DNA from: Acidimicrobiia bacterium
Lineage (GTDB): Bacteria > Actinomycetota > Acidimicrobiia > Spongiisociales > UBA5794
Assembly (NCBI GenBank): GCA_036985995.1
Contig: BTQS01000002.1
Coordinates: 1 to 38,577, forward strand
Direction: 5' to 3'
DNA: 38,577 nt
Part shown: in pieces, positions 1 to 7,007 of the stretch
How the letters are laid out: every line of letters starts with the position of its first letter
How positions within the stretch are numbered: the first letter of the stretch is position 1
Program-made: the position numbers and the translations under genes
The notes under the pieces: model-generated
What the model saw: the letters and a program-made list of their open reading frames with translations, nothing else
What the model was told of the DNA's origin: nothing
Database searches by the model: none

Positions 1-81
1 GATACGACCCAGGCACCCGATACGACCCAGGCACCCGATACGACCCAGGCACCCGATACGACCCAGGCACCCGATACGACC
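1..81 (+). repeat. Perfect 18-bp tandem repeat GATACGACCCAGGCACCC x4 plus a 9-bp partial fifth copy; in frame it encodes (DTTQAP)n
   Basis: Units 1-18, 19-36, 37-54 and 55-72 are identical. Bases 73-81 repeat the first 9 nt and then diverge. The array touches the window edge and may continue upstream. Confidence 0.95.
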
Positions 82-672
82 GTGCCCGCAAGCGAGGATG
101 CGGACACGACACCATGGTGGCTACTTCTCGTTGTACTCGGCGCCTTTCTCATTCTCATCATTGCGTTGGTCTCGAGAGGATCCAAGAAGAAGGTCGTTGT
201 GGCTCCGCCACCGGTTACCTGGAAGGACAACGCCCGCAGTGGTTACGCCGACGCGCGGTGGCTGTATGACGCCATGTCCGAGGATCTCGCTATATGGCGA
301 GGCAATGCAACCTTCGACAGCACTTCGGCCGTTGGCGCAACCGCAGGGACCGCGCTAGCCGAGACCTGGCAGAAGCTCGACTCACGCATCGGCAAGGCGA
401 GCGACAGTCTCTACGCTCTCGAAGCTGCCGCACCAGACCAGAGAACGGCTGAGGCCTCAAGTGCAGCCATTGCATCAATGCGATCCGTGCGGCAGTCCGT
501 TGACAATCGCGCGGAGGCACGTATGAACTATCGCACCGTGCAAGGCAGCGGGGACCCAGACCAGATCGCTCTCCAGGACGCGAGGGAACGCGAGGTGCGA
601 GCGTCCAGGAATCTTGCTGAGACCCGCAGCGCGTTCGGAACAGCCTTGACGAACCTTTCGACGGTGCTGTAG
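1..672 (+). CDS. 5'-truncated CDS: single-pass membrane protein with an N-terminal DTTQAP repeat region, one TM helix and a ~165-aa Ala/Arg-rich helical C-terminal domain of unknown function
   Basis: Frame 1 is open from base 1 and is the same frame as track ORF 82..672, whose first codon is GTG. The TM segment is WWLLLVVLGAFLILIIALV, followed by SRGSKKK. I recognise no family. Confidence 0.55.
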   Translation, partial: DTTQAPDTTQAPDTTQAPDTTQAPDTTVPASEDADTTPWWLLLVVLGAFLILIIALVSRGSKKKVVVAPPPVTWKDNARSGYADARWLYDAMSEDLAIWRGNATFDSTSAVGATAGTALAETWQKLDSRIGKASDSLYALEAAAPDQRTAEASSAAIASMRSVRQSVDNRAEARMNYRTVQGSGDPDQIALQDAREREVRASRNLAETRSAFGTALTNLSTVL

Positions 673-731
673 AAATCGCTGAGATTTCGATCTCCCGCCG
701 GAACCGGCGCCGACATGTCAACGAAAGACGC

Positions 732-1682
732 TCAATCATGCAGTCGCTGGTCGGCTGCGAACATGTCCAGGGATACGTTGCCGCCTGAGAGGATGACACC
801 GACGCGTTTGCCGGCGAACAGCGGTGCGCGACCAAGGAGTGCGGCAACTGCTGTCGCACCAGAGGGCTCCACGACGAGTTTCGTACGATGAGCCAATGTT
901 CGCATTGCTTCGAGAATCTCGTTCTCGGTGACCGTCACGATGGATCGATTGGCGGCAGATAGGATCGCAAAGGGAATCTCCCCGATGCCCGTCAACAAAC
1001 CGTCTCCGACACTGATGGCCCCGGTCGCCGGGTACCTGACGTTATCTCGGAGCGATCGAAACGAATCGTCGACGAGCTCGGGTTCAGCGCCAACTACGTC
1101 GATGTCGTATTCGCTTGCGACGATCGAGGCGCCCGAAAGAAGACCTCCACCGCCGATAGGCGCGAGCACGAGGTCGATGTCGGGAATCTCGTCGACGAAC
1201 TCAAGGGTCGCTGTTGCCTGTCCTGCGATGACGGCCGGGTCATCGAATGGGTGTACAACGGTATATCCGTGCTCCGCGGTGAGTCGGGCGACCGTCTGAG
1301 CACGTTCCGGCTGCGGACAGAACACCACACTCCCTCCATATCCCCTCACGGCATCGACCTTGACGCGCGGCGCATGTTCCGGCATGACAACCACGGCGGG
1401 GATATCCCGGATCGAGCATGCATAGGCGACTGCCTGTCCATGGTTCCCAGACGAATGCGTGATAACACCTTTTGCGGCATCTTCCCCGCTCAGAGAGAGA
1501 ACCGCGTTCGTGGCTCCGCGGGCCTTGAATGCTCCAACCTTCTGGAGGTTCTCAGCCTTGAGATAGACCTCTGCTCCAGTGGCCTCGCTCAGGTACCGGG
1601 ATGTGAGAACAGGCGTGCGATGCGTATGGGGAGCAATTCGCTCGGCCGCCGTGATGACATCGACAAACGTCGGCAGGATCAT
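732..1682 (-). CDS. PLP-dependent serine/threonine dehydratase family protein (threonine ammonia-lyase / threo-3-hydroxyaspartate ammonia-lyase-like)
   Basis: Translation: MILPTFVDVITAAERIAPHTHRTPVLTSRYLSEATGAEVYLKAENLQKVGAFKARGATNAV...HSSGNHGQAVA...GGGGLLSG. This is the typical fold-type II PLP signature with the Lys in FKARGA. I placed the start at the ATG at 1682, which forms an ATGA overlap with the upstream gene's stop. The 64 extra codons of the track ORF are Arg/Gly-rich and look non-coding. Confidence 0.85.
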   Translation of the reverse strand: MILPTFVDVITAAERIAPHTHRTPVLTSRYLSEATGAEVYLKAENLQKVGAFKARGATNAVLSLSGEDAAKGVITHSSGNHGQAVAYACSIRDIPAVVVMPEHAPRVKVDAVRGYGGSVVFCPQPERAQTVARLTAEHGYTVVHPFDDPAVIAGQATATLEFVDEIPDIDLVLAPIGGGGLLSGASIVASEYDIDVVGAEPELVDDSFRSLRDNVRYPATGAISVGDGLLTGIGEIPFAILSAANRSIVTVTENEILEAMRTLAHRTKLVVEPSGATAVAALLGRAPLFAGKRVGVILSGGNVSLDMFAADQRLHD

Positions 1683-2368
1683 GCCGACGCCCCATCGACA
1701 TGGACGCGAGCCGGGGCGGTTGCCTCGAAGTATGCCCACAGCGCTGCCGCCGATAACACATGCCACAGTGCGTGGCCTTGAAAGAGAGCATCCGAATCGC
1801 AGAGAGGTCCGCCCGTTCTCCCGCCGACGTAGAACGCCACGGCAACTGCCATCGCGATCAACGCGCCCACCCACCAGGACATACGGACGCTGCGAGCACG
1901 ATGGGCGAGCACATCGGTGACCACCAGGAGAAGGACCGCGATCCCACCAAGCAGGTTCGTGCTACCCGGCCATATCAGCAGCAACACGGCAACGAGCAAC
2001 GAGAACCCTCCGTAGACCGACCACATGAGCTGTGCCGACCACGACCGGATTCCCGAAAGACTCGATGCGGCGATGAACAAGACGGCCAATATGAACGTCA
2101 CGTCATGAAGAAACTTGCTTCCGAAACCCTGCGGTCCGTGGAACAGCACACTTCCGAGACCCGTGCCGATCATCAAGATCCCGAAACCTATCCGAGCCGT
2201 TCGCTCTCGGCCGGCTGTCCCGGGAACAGAGAACAGCACGACGAGGCCGAAAACGGCGAAAGCGAGGCTCGAAACAGTGTTCACCGGTTGGGCCAGGAGA
2301 CCGCTTCCGATGTTTTCGCAGTCAGATTCCCCGATGGCGACGATCACGCGTGAAAACATGGCCGTCAC
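1679..2368 (-). CDS. Polytopic membrane protein, ceramidase (alkaline ceramidase/aPHC, PF05875-like) family
   Basis: About 6-7 hydrophobic helices. Motifs I associate with the family: DCE...AQPVNTVSSLAF, GSVLFHG, LHD, and GHALWHVLSA near the C-terminus. GTG start at 2368 (alternative ATG at 2359). The stop overlaps the dehydratase start. Confidence 0.55.
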   Translation of the reverse strand: MTAMFSRVIVAIGESDCENIGSGLLAQPVNTVSSLAFAVFGLVVLFSVPGTAGRERTARIGFGILMIGTGLGSVLFHGPQGFGSKFLHDVTFILAVLFIAASSLSGIRSWSAQLMWSVYGGFSLLVAVLLLIWPGSTNLLGGIAVLLLVVTDVLAHRARSVRMSWWVGALIAMAVAVAFYVGGRTGGPLCDSDALFQGHALWHVLSAAALWAYFEATAPARVHVDGASA

Positions 2369-2459
2369 GGTAGCTCGAAGGCAGGGAACACGATGCCGAG
2401 GACCGGGGATGTTCTAAAGAGGTGTACCCCTGGTGCCGATTGATACTTATTGTACTCTC

Positions 2460-2488
2460 TTGACCACGCAGGACATTCATCGTACGGT
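2460..2488 (+). promoter_or_regulatory. Candidate sigma-A type promoter for the DivIVA-domain gene (TTGACC-17 nt-TACGGT)
   Basis: TTGACC at 2460-2465, a 17-nt spacer, then TACGGT (TAnnnT) at 2483-2488. It lies just downstream of an unusually AT-rich patch (about 2437-2460) in the divergent intergenic region, about 45 nt upstream of the ATG at 2534. Confidence 0.3.
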
Positions 2489-2533
2489 GTGTGCGGGCAC
2501 GAGGTCGGAGGGTGATCACGAGAGGGGTCACCG

Positions 2534-3277
2534 ATGCAATCATTGACGGACCAGATTCGGAGCAAGGAATTCGAGCGTGCTCGCCGAGGTTTTAAGACCG
2601 ACGAGGTAACGGGGTTCCTGGACAAAGTCGCCGAAGAGGTATCCGAACTGGAGGCGGACCTCCGAAGAGAAGGGGTGCGAGCGAACGCACTCGAACGGAA
2701 GCTCCAGGCGCCGCTGCAAGCCGAAGGGAACGTAGAAGCGGCCTTCTTGGCGGCCGCTGAGTCGAAGCAACAACTGCTCGATGAAGCCCAGGATCGAGCG
2801 CAACAGATGATCAGCGACGCACGTGCCGAGGCAGCCCGTCTCGTGGAAGTGCCGAAGCTGGAGGCACAGAGGGCCCAGGAAGAGAGCACGGCCATACTGT
2901 TACAAGCCAAGGAACGCCTCGAGAGCGCATCGCGGGAGGCGTCCTCCATCGAGGAGAGAGCCAAAGCCGAATCGACCCAACTCGAGGCCGAGTCTGCCGA
3001 GCGAGGCCGAAGAGCAGTGGAGGAGGCCGATCGCCGGGCTCAAGAAACCATCGACGCTGCTCGTCATGAAGCTGCTATACGAATCGCAGCGGCACAGAGG
3101 GAGTCCTCGGACATCAGATCCACCCTCGAGGCAGAACACATCGAGCTCGTGGAAAAGGTACGTTCGTTGCAGGCGGCGGTTGTTGGGATGATCGAGCATG
3201 GCGCGGCACGTTCGCCGGCACTTGCTGCCGTCTTCGATACCAGTGAGCCAGACTCCGGCGTCGAGGCCGTTTCCTGA
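2534..3277 (+). CDS. DivIVA domain-containing coiled-coil protein
   Basis: The N-terminus LTDQIRSKEFERARRGFKTDEVTGFLDKVAEEV matches the DivIVA N-terminal domain pattern (F..x..RGY/F..xEVDxFLD). The rest is a long Glu/Ala/Arg coiled coil. SD GAGAGGGG lies 7 nt upstream. Confidence 0.8.
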   Translation: MQSLTDQIRSKEFERARRGFKTDEVTGFLDKVAEEVSELEADLRREGVRANALERKLQAPLQAEGNVEAAFLAAAESKQQLLDEAQDRAQQMISDARAEAARLVEVPKLEAQRAQEESTAILLQAKERLESASREASSIEERAKAESTQLEAESAERGRRAVEEADRRAQETIDAARHEAAIRIAAAQRESSDIRSTLEAEHIELVEKVRSLQAAVVGMIEHGAARSPALAAVFDTSEPDSGVEAVS

Positions 3278-3372
3278 GCCAGTTATCGCTACGGAACGTC
3301 CCCAGCCGAACCGATAGGTGATGGAAGTACCAGACCTGGTCGGTACCATTGGGTGGACTACGGAGATGTTCC

Positions 3373-4551
3373 ATGGCCAGGAGAAAAAGGCGCACCATAT
3401 CGGATGTGGATCGTTATACGGGATCCGCCTCCAGACCCCCCTCATTCAGAGACGAACCGGTCGACAACGACATCGCTTCAGGAACCAGCTTCATTCTGAT
3501 CTCGCTGACCGTGTTCATCGCAATATCGTTTGCCGCTGTGTATTTCGGGACGCAAAACATCGAGGAGAACCTGGAAGTCCGCTCTCTCGAGACGCTGGAG
3601 GACGCAGAGTTCTACGACGTCGAGGTCGAGGCCACCGGAGCAACGGTACGTCTCACCGGATCGATCACGACGGAACAGTCTGAAGACGATGCCTTCAGCG
3701 CTGTCGCTGCACTGGCAGGTGTACGCTCGGTCGAAGGGAGACTTTGGCCCGTTTTCTCCGGAGACCTCGACGAGATCGTGGTCACCGGTGATGCCATAGA
3801 GATCAACTGGGACAGGGATTCGGCGACCATCGAAGGGAGTGTTGCCTCCGAGGAGCGCAAGACATTCGTCAGCGAGGCCCTGATCGGGGTCTTTCCCGCA
3901 ATCGATGTCGACGACCTCGTCGTGCTCGAGGGTCTCGAAGAAGAACCCGGGTGGTTGGGCAAGTCACTCGGCCTTCTCATCAGCATCCAACCGTCCATGC
4001 CGGCCGGCAGGATGATCATCGATCCCAATGGGAAATTGCTCGTTGTCGGCGGCGAGGTCGAGGGAAAGGATCTGAGAAACGAACTCAACGCCAAAGTCAT
4101 CGCCGTCGGAGAAGAACTCGGGTTCTCTGTCAACCCCGCGATCCGTGTCCTCGAGACCGGTCCCACTGAAGCACAGATCGAGGAACTCCAGGTCAATCTC
4201 GACGACCTCATCGAAGGAAAGACCGTCGAATTCGAAACCAAGAGCTTCGAATTGACCGAGAAAGGAATCGCTCTTCTCGAAGACGTCATCGATGCTCTCC
4301 GCCAGGCGCCGGAGATTCGCGTCCAGATCGCCGGCCATACAGACTCGAAGGGGTCCTCAGACGCGAATCTGCAACTCTCCATGGACAGAGCGAACGCCGT
4401 ACTGGGGTACCTCGTTGCGGCAGGCGAGTCGAGAGAACGTTTCGACGTCATCGGCTACGGTGAGAGTCAACCGACAGCGAGCAACGACACGAAGGACGGT
4501 CGCGCTCGGAATCGACGCATCGAGTTCACTGCTTTGGAGGGTTCCTCTTGA
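3373..4551 (+). CDS. OmpA-family peptidoglycan-binding membrane protein with BON-like repeats (ArfA/OmpATb-like architecture)
   Basis: C-terminus: IQIAGHTDSKGSSDANLQLSMDRANAVLGYLVAAGESRERFDVIGYGESQPTASNDTKDGRARNRRIEF, an OmpA_C-like domain. N-terminal TM helix FILISLTVFIAISFAAVYF. BON-like segment ATVRLTGSITTEQSEDDAFSAVAALAGVRSVEG. The ATG at 3373 has GGAG 7 nt upstream; the track ORF begins at TTG 3349. Confidence 0.85.
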   Translation: MARRKRRTISDVDRYTGSASRPPSFRDEPVDNDIASGTSFILISLTVFIAISFAAVYFGTQNIEENLEVRSLETLEDAEFYDVEVEATGATVRLTGSITTEQSEDDAFSAVAALAGVRSVEGRLWPVFSGDLDEIVVTGDAIEINWDRDSATIEGSVASEERKTFVSEALIGVFPAIDVDDLVVLEGLEEEPGWLGKSLGLLISIQPSMPAGRMIIDPNGKLLVVGGEVEGKDLRNELNAKVIAVGEELGFSVNPAIRVLETGPTEAQIEELQVNLDDLIEGKTVEFETKSFELTEKGIALLEDVIDALRQAPEIRVQIAGHTDSKGSSDANLQLSMDRANAVLGYLVAAGESRERFDVIGYGESQPTASNDTKDGRARNRRIEFTALEGSS

Positions 4552-4676
4552 CGTATGTTGGAAGCCAGATCATCGTGTGGATAATCGTCGCAACCTTGTT
4601 CGGGTTCGCTATTGGATGGATGGCGAACTCCCGTCGTGGTGGCACCAGGAAGAAAAAATTCAAAAAACGGTTCTGA
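4548..4676 (+). CDS. Candidate 42-codon single-TM micro-protein with a polybasic tail (not in the ORF track)
   Basis: The TTG at 4548 overlaps the OmpA-family stop (TTGA). Translation: LTYVGSQIIVWIIVATLFGFAIGWMANSRRGGTRKKKFKKRF*. It has a clear hydrophobic helix. The basic tail coincides with the A-tract of the opposite-strand terminator, so coding status is uncertain. Confidence 0.4.
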   Translation: MTYVGSQIIVWIIVATLFGFAIGWMANSRRGGTRKKKFKKRF

Positions 4677-4689
4677 CTGAAGTCAGAGC
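4650..4689 (-). terminator. Rho-independent terminator of the MFS gene (minus strand)
   Basis: The minus strand reads GCTCTGAC-TTCA-GTCAGAAC (8-bp stem including one G-U pair, 4670-4689), followed by CGTTTTTTGAATTTTTTCT (4650-4669). It sits 37 nt downstream of the MFS stop. It is the only hairpin plus T-tract of this kind that I found in the window. Confidence 0.7.
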
Positions 4690-4725
4690 TGCATCCCGTG
4701 CCGAAGATCCGATCCCGGAATCTGG

Positions 4726-6006
4726 CTATCTTCCTGCCATTACGGGGTCCCGAAACAGCGCAGTCCGCATGAGCAGAAGCGATACAACGATCACACCCGC
4801 CGATCCGGCGATATAGACGGGCACCACTCCTACCGCTCCTGCAAGAGCTCCTCCGACGGCTGCGCCGACGGGGAGACCTGCCCAGGCAAGGGTCCGTGAA
4901 GCCGCGATGACCCTGCCCATGTGTTCCGGCGGTGCAAGCTGCTGGCGCATGGTCACCAACGCAACATTCACCCAGGTCACGCCCGCGATCGCGATTCCGG
5001 CTGGGATGACGGCGAACCAATTACCGATTAACGCAACCGTCAGGAATCCAGATCCCAACATCACCAGACCGACTATGTACATCGTTCCGAGCGGAATACG
5101 CTTTGCGATACGCCCGGCGAATGCAACGCCGACAGACCCGATCGCAGCTTGGGCAGCAAAGAAGATCGCGATCTCCCGTCCCCCCTGAGAAACGGCCGAC
5201 CCCAGGGATATGTCAAGACCGAGAACCTCGGTGGCGACGAACAAGACCAAAAGTGCTTCCAATGGTTGGAACACGAGGTTCGATACCGTTCCTCCGAGCG
5301 TTCCCCATTTCAGCCGCCGGTCGGCGAACAATACGCGAAGACCGGAACCGACGGCCTCCATGAACGGCTCACGCTTCGGTGTGATGGCAGCCTTTATCGG
5401 TCGAACGAACGACAGAAGAGCAGCCGACACGATGAAAGTTGCTGCGTTCAGCCCGAAGGCCAGAGCGAATCCTCCGGCCAGCGTGACGATGATGCCGGCA
5501 ACAAGAGGGGCGGCGCTCAGGGCCAATGTACGCGCGATGCCGAGCTGGGCGTTGGCTCGCATCAGATCCTCGTCGAGCAACGATCTGGTCATGTACGACT
5601 GCAATCCCGAATCGAACAGCACTGCCATGGATCCTGCGAGGAACGCCACACCGAACACGATCCTTTCGTCTATCCAGCCCCCATAGGAGCCGACTGCAAG
5701 GAAGAGGAATGCTCCCGCGCGGACGATGTCGACGCCGACCAACGTTGCGCCGAGTCTTCGGCGCCGGTCGAGGAACACTCCCGCCGCGAGGCCGAAAAGC
5801 AACATCGGAAGCGTCTCCGCGGCCGCCGTCAATCCGAGGTCAAACGGATCACCGGTAAGGGACAATACGAACAACGGGAGCGTGAAGAACGCGATGTAGT
5901 CGCCAAAGAGGGACACGGCCTGCCCCCCTACAAGTGGGATCAGGTTCCGCTTCGCTTTGAGTTGCACCTGGTCGGACGGATTCCCTACCGGTTCGACGGC
6001 ATTCAC
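4726..6006 (-). CDS. MFS transporter
   Basis: 426 aa with about 12 hydrophobic helices. The N-terminal pattern QAVSLFGDYIAFFTLPLFVL...AAGVFLDRRRR is typical of the actinobacterial MFS (enterobactin-exporter-like) family. GTG start at 6006. Confidence 0.8.
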   Translation of the reverse strand: MNAVEPVGNPSDQVQLKAKRNLIPLVGGQAVSLFGDYIAFFTLPLFVLSLTGDPFDLGLTAAAETLPMLLFGLAAGVFLDRRRRLGATLVGVDIVRAGAFLFLAVGSYGGWIDERIVFGVAFLAGSMAVLFDSGLQSYMTRSLLDEDLMRANAQLGIARTLALSAAPLVAGIIVTLAGGFALAFGLNAATFIVSAALLSFVRPIKAAITPKREPFMEAVGSGLRVLFADRRLKWGTLGGTVSNLVFQPLEALLVLFVATEVLGLDISLGSAVSQGGREIAIFFAAQAAIGSVGVAFAGRIAKRIPLGTMYIVGLVMLGSGFLTVALIGNWFAVIPAGIAIAGVTWVNVALVTMRQQLAPPEHMGRVIAASRTLAWAGLPVGAAVGGALAGAVGVVPVYIAGSAGVIVVSLLLMRTALFRDPVMAGR

Positions 6007-6044
6007 GAAACTGAATCGTAGACCTATGCGGTTCCGTTTGCCTC

Positions 6045-6443
6045 ATGGCACGAAAAGATCTCCGGTCGATTAGCCTGATGCCATCTACATCGGGGACCAT
6101 GGCACAGCTACAAGACATTCCGAGGCTCACGAGCGAGTTCGTCGAACTCGCCAAGAGCTACCTACTGCAAGAAACCGTTGAACCAGCGAAGAAGCTCGGG
6201 CACTTTGCCGGTTACTCGCTCACCGCGGCGGCTCTCTGGGCTGCTGCTCTGGTCCTTCTGTCCGTAGCCGGACTTCGTGCACTCTATGGCGTGCTGCCTT
6301 CAGGCCCATACTGGGAAGCGCTCGGATACGTAGTGTTCGCGGTACTACTGATCGGCCTCATGGCCCTCATTCTCAAGTTGGTTCCAGACCGCGGTGTCCA
6401 CGACGCAGTACCACGTGCTGTTGAGTCCGGAGATCGATCATGA
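6045..6443 (+). CDS. Small 2-TM membrane protein, probably phage-holin-family / actinobacterial Holin-X (PF07332-like)
   Basis: An amphipathic N-terminus (LTSEFVELAKSYLLQETVEPAKK) is followed by two long hydrophobic helices (YSLTAAALWAAALVLLSVAGL; ALGYVVFAVLLIGLMALILKLV). The real start may be the ATG at 6072 or 6096. The family call is from memory of the architecture only. Confidence 0.45.
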   Translation: MARKDLRSISLMPSTSGTMAQLQDIPRLTSEFVELAKSYLLQETVEPAKKLGHFAGYSLTAAALWAAALVLLSVAGLRALYGVLPSGPYWEALGYVVFAVLLIGLMALILKLVPDRGVHDAVPRAVESGDRS

Positions 6444-6634
6444 CCGTTCAGAAGGCTGACCTCGAGGCCAAACTCAGAGAAATCGAAGGCGTCGTCACCG
6501 ACGTAGAAGAAGAAGCGAAGTCGAATCTCATCACAGTCGCTGTTGTGGCCGGCGTCGTCGTTCTCGGCCTCGTGGCCTTCGCTGTGTGGCGATCGAGACA
6601 TTCCAAGATCCGCGTCGAGGTGTACACGAAGTGA
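6440..6634 (+). CDS. 64-aa single-TM protein (acidic helical N-terminus, one TM helix)
   Basis: ATGA overlap with the upstream stop at 6440-6443. Translation: MTVQKADLEAKLREIEGVVTDVEEEAKSNLITVAVVAGVVVLGLVAFAVWRSRHSK... Confidence 0.5.
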   Translation: MTVQKADLEAKLREIEGVVTDVEEEAKSNLITVAVVAGVVVLGLVAFAVWRSRHSKIRVEVYTK

Positions 6635-6636
6635 GC

Positions 6637-6903
6637 ATGCGCTTCCGATTCGCAAGACGTCGCTGGTGGCGGAAGCAGTTTCATCCGCTAACACGCTTCG
6701 GATGGATGACCGCGACGGCCGGAAAGTCACGCTCCACGACCCAGACGATCGTGGGCCTTGGTCTTGTGGGCGCGGGATTCATCCTCAAAGGCACCGGACG
6801 CAAGAAGGTTCTCTACAAAGGGACCATCACACCGGGGACCGATACGAGGATCCGGGTATACCGGGGTAGCGACATCATCCACGACGAACTCTCCGGAGAT
6901 TGA
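6637..6903 (+). CDS. 88-aa basic protein with one short hydrophobic segment, unknown function
   Basis: The ATG at 6637 lies 2 nt after the upstream stop. Translation: MRFRFARRRWWRKQFHPLTRFGWMTATAGKSRSTTQTIVGLGLVGAGFILKGTGRKKVLYKGTITPGTDTRIRVYRGSDIIHDELSGD. The track ORF starts at 6586, inside the upstream gene. Confidence 0.4.
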   Translation: MRFRFARRRWWRKQFHPLTRFGWMTATAGKSRSTTQTIVGLGLVGAGFILKGTGRKKVLYKGTITPGTDTRIRVYRGSDIIHDELSGD

Positions 6904-6905
6904 CG

Positions 6906-7007
6906 ATGTCCAGAGGAAACCAGAAGTGGGTGCGAATCGTCATCTGGGTGGTCGTCGCGATGATGGTGCTCACGTTCATGGCCGCCCTGCTCCCAAGTCT
7001 GGGATGA
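6906..7007 (+). CDS. Candidate 33-aa single-TM micro-protein (not in the ORF track)
   Basis: The ATG at 6906 lies 2 nt after the upstream stop. Translation: MSRGNQKWVRIVIWVVVAMMVLTFMAALLPSLG*. Its TGA (7005-7007) overlaps the trmI ATG (7004) as ATGA. Confidence 0.4.
   Translation: MSRGNQKWVRIVIWVVVAMMVLTFMAALLPSLG

Noticed and set aside
1-81. Possible CRISPR-like or non-coding satellite array
   Set aside because: The repeats are contiguous with no spacers. The unit length is a multiple of 3, and the repeats are in frame with the downstream ORF. This is a coding tandem repeat, not CRISPR.
672-709. Two short hairpins (GAAATC-5 nt-GATTTC; CGCCG-GAAC-CGGCG) in the convergent spacer between the first ORF and the dehydratase gene
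   Set aside because: The stems are only 5-6 bp and no T-tract lies on either strand. Too weak to call a terminator.
3327-3346. Imperfect palindrome GTACCAGACCTGGTCGGTAC after the DivIVA-domain gene
   Set aside because: The stem is only 3+5 bp with a bulge and a 3-nt loop, and there is no T-tract. It sits just upstream of the next gene's SD. Not convincing as a terminator or operator.
3318-3683. 121-aa plus-strand ORF overlapping the start of the OmpA-family gene in another frame
   Set aside because: It is Arg/His-rich and low-complexity. The overlapping frame encodes the TM helix and BON-like domain of the OmpA-family protein.
6758-7003. 82-codon N-terminal extension of the trmI ORF (track ORF 6758..7819)
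   Set aside because: Similarity to TrmI begins exactly at the ATG at 7004. The extension is Arg/Gly/Ser-rich and overlaps the better-supported small ORFs in other frames.
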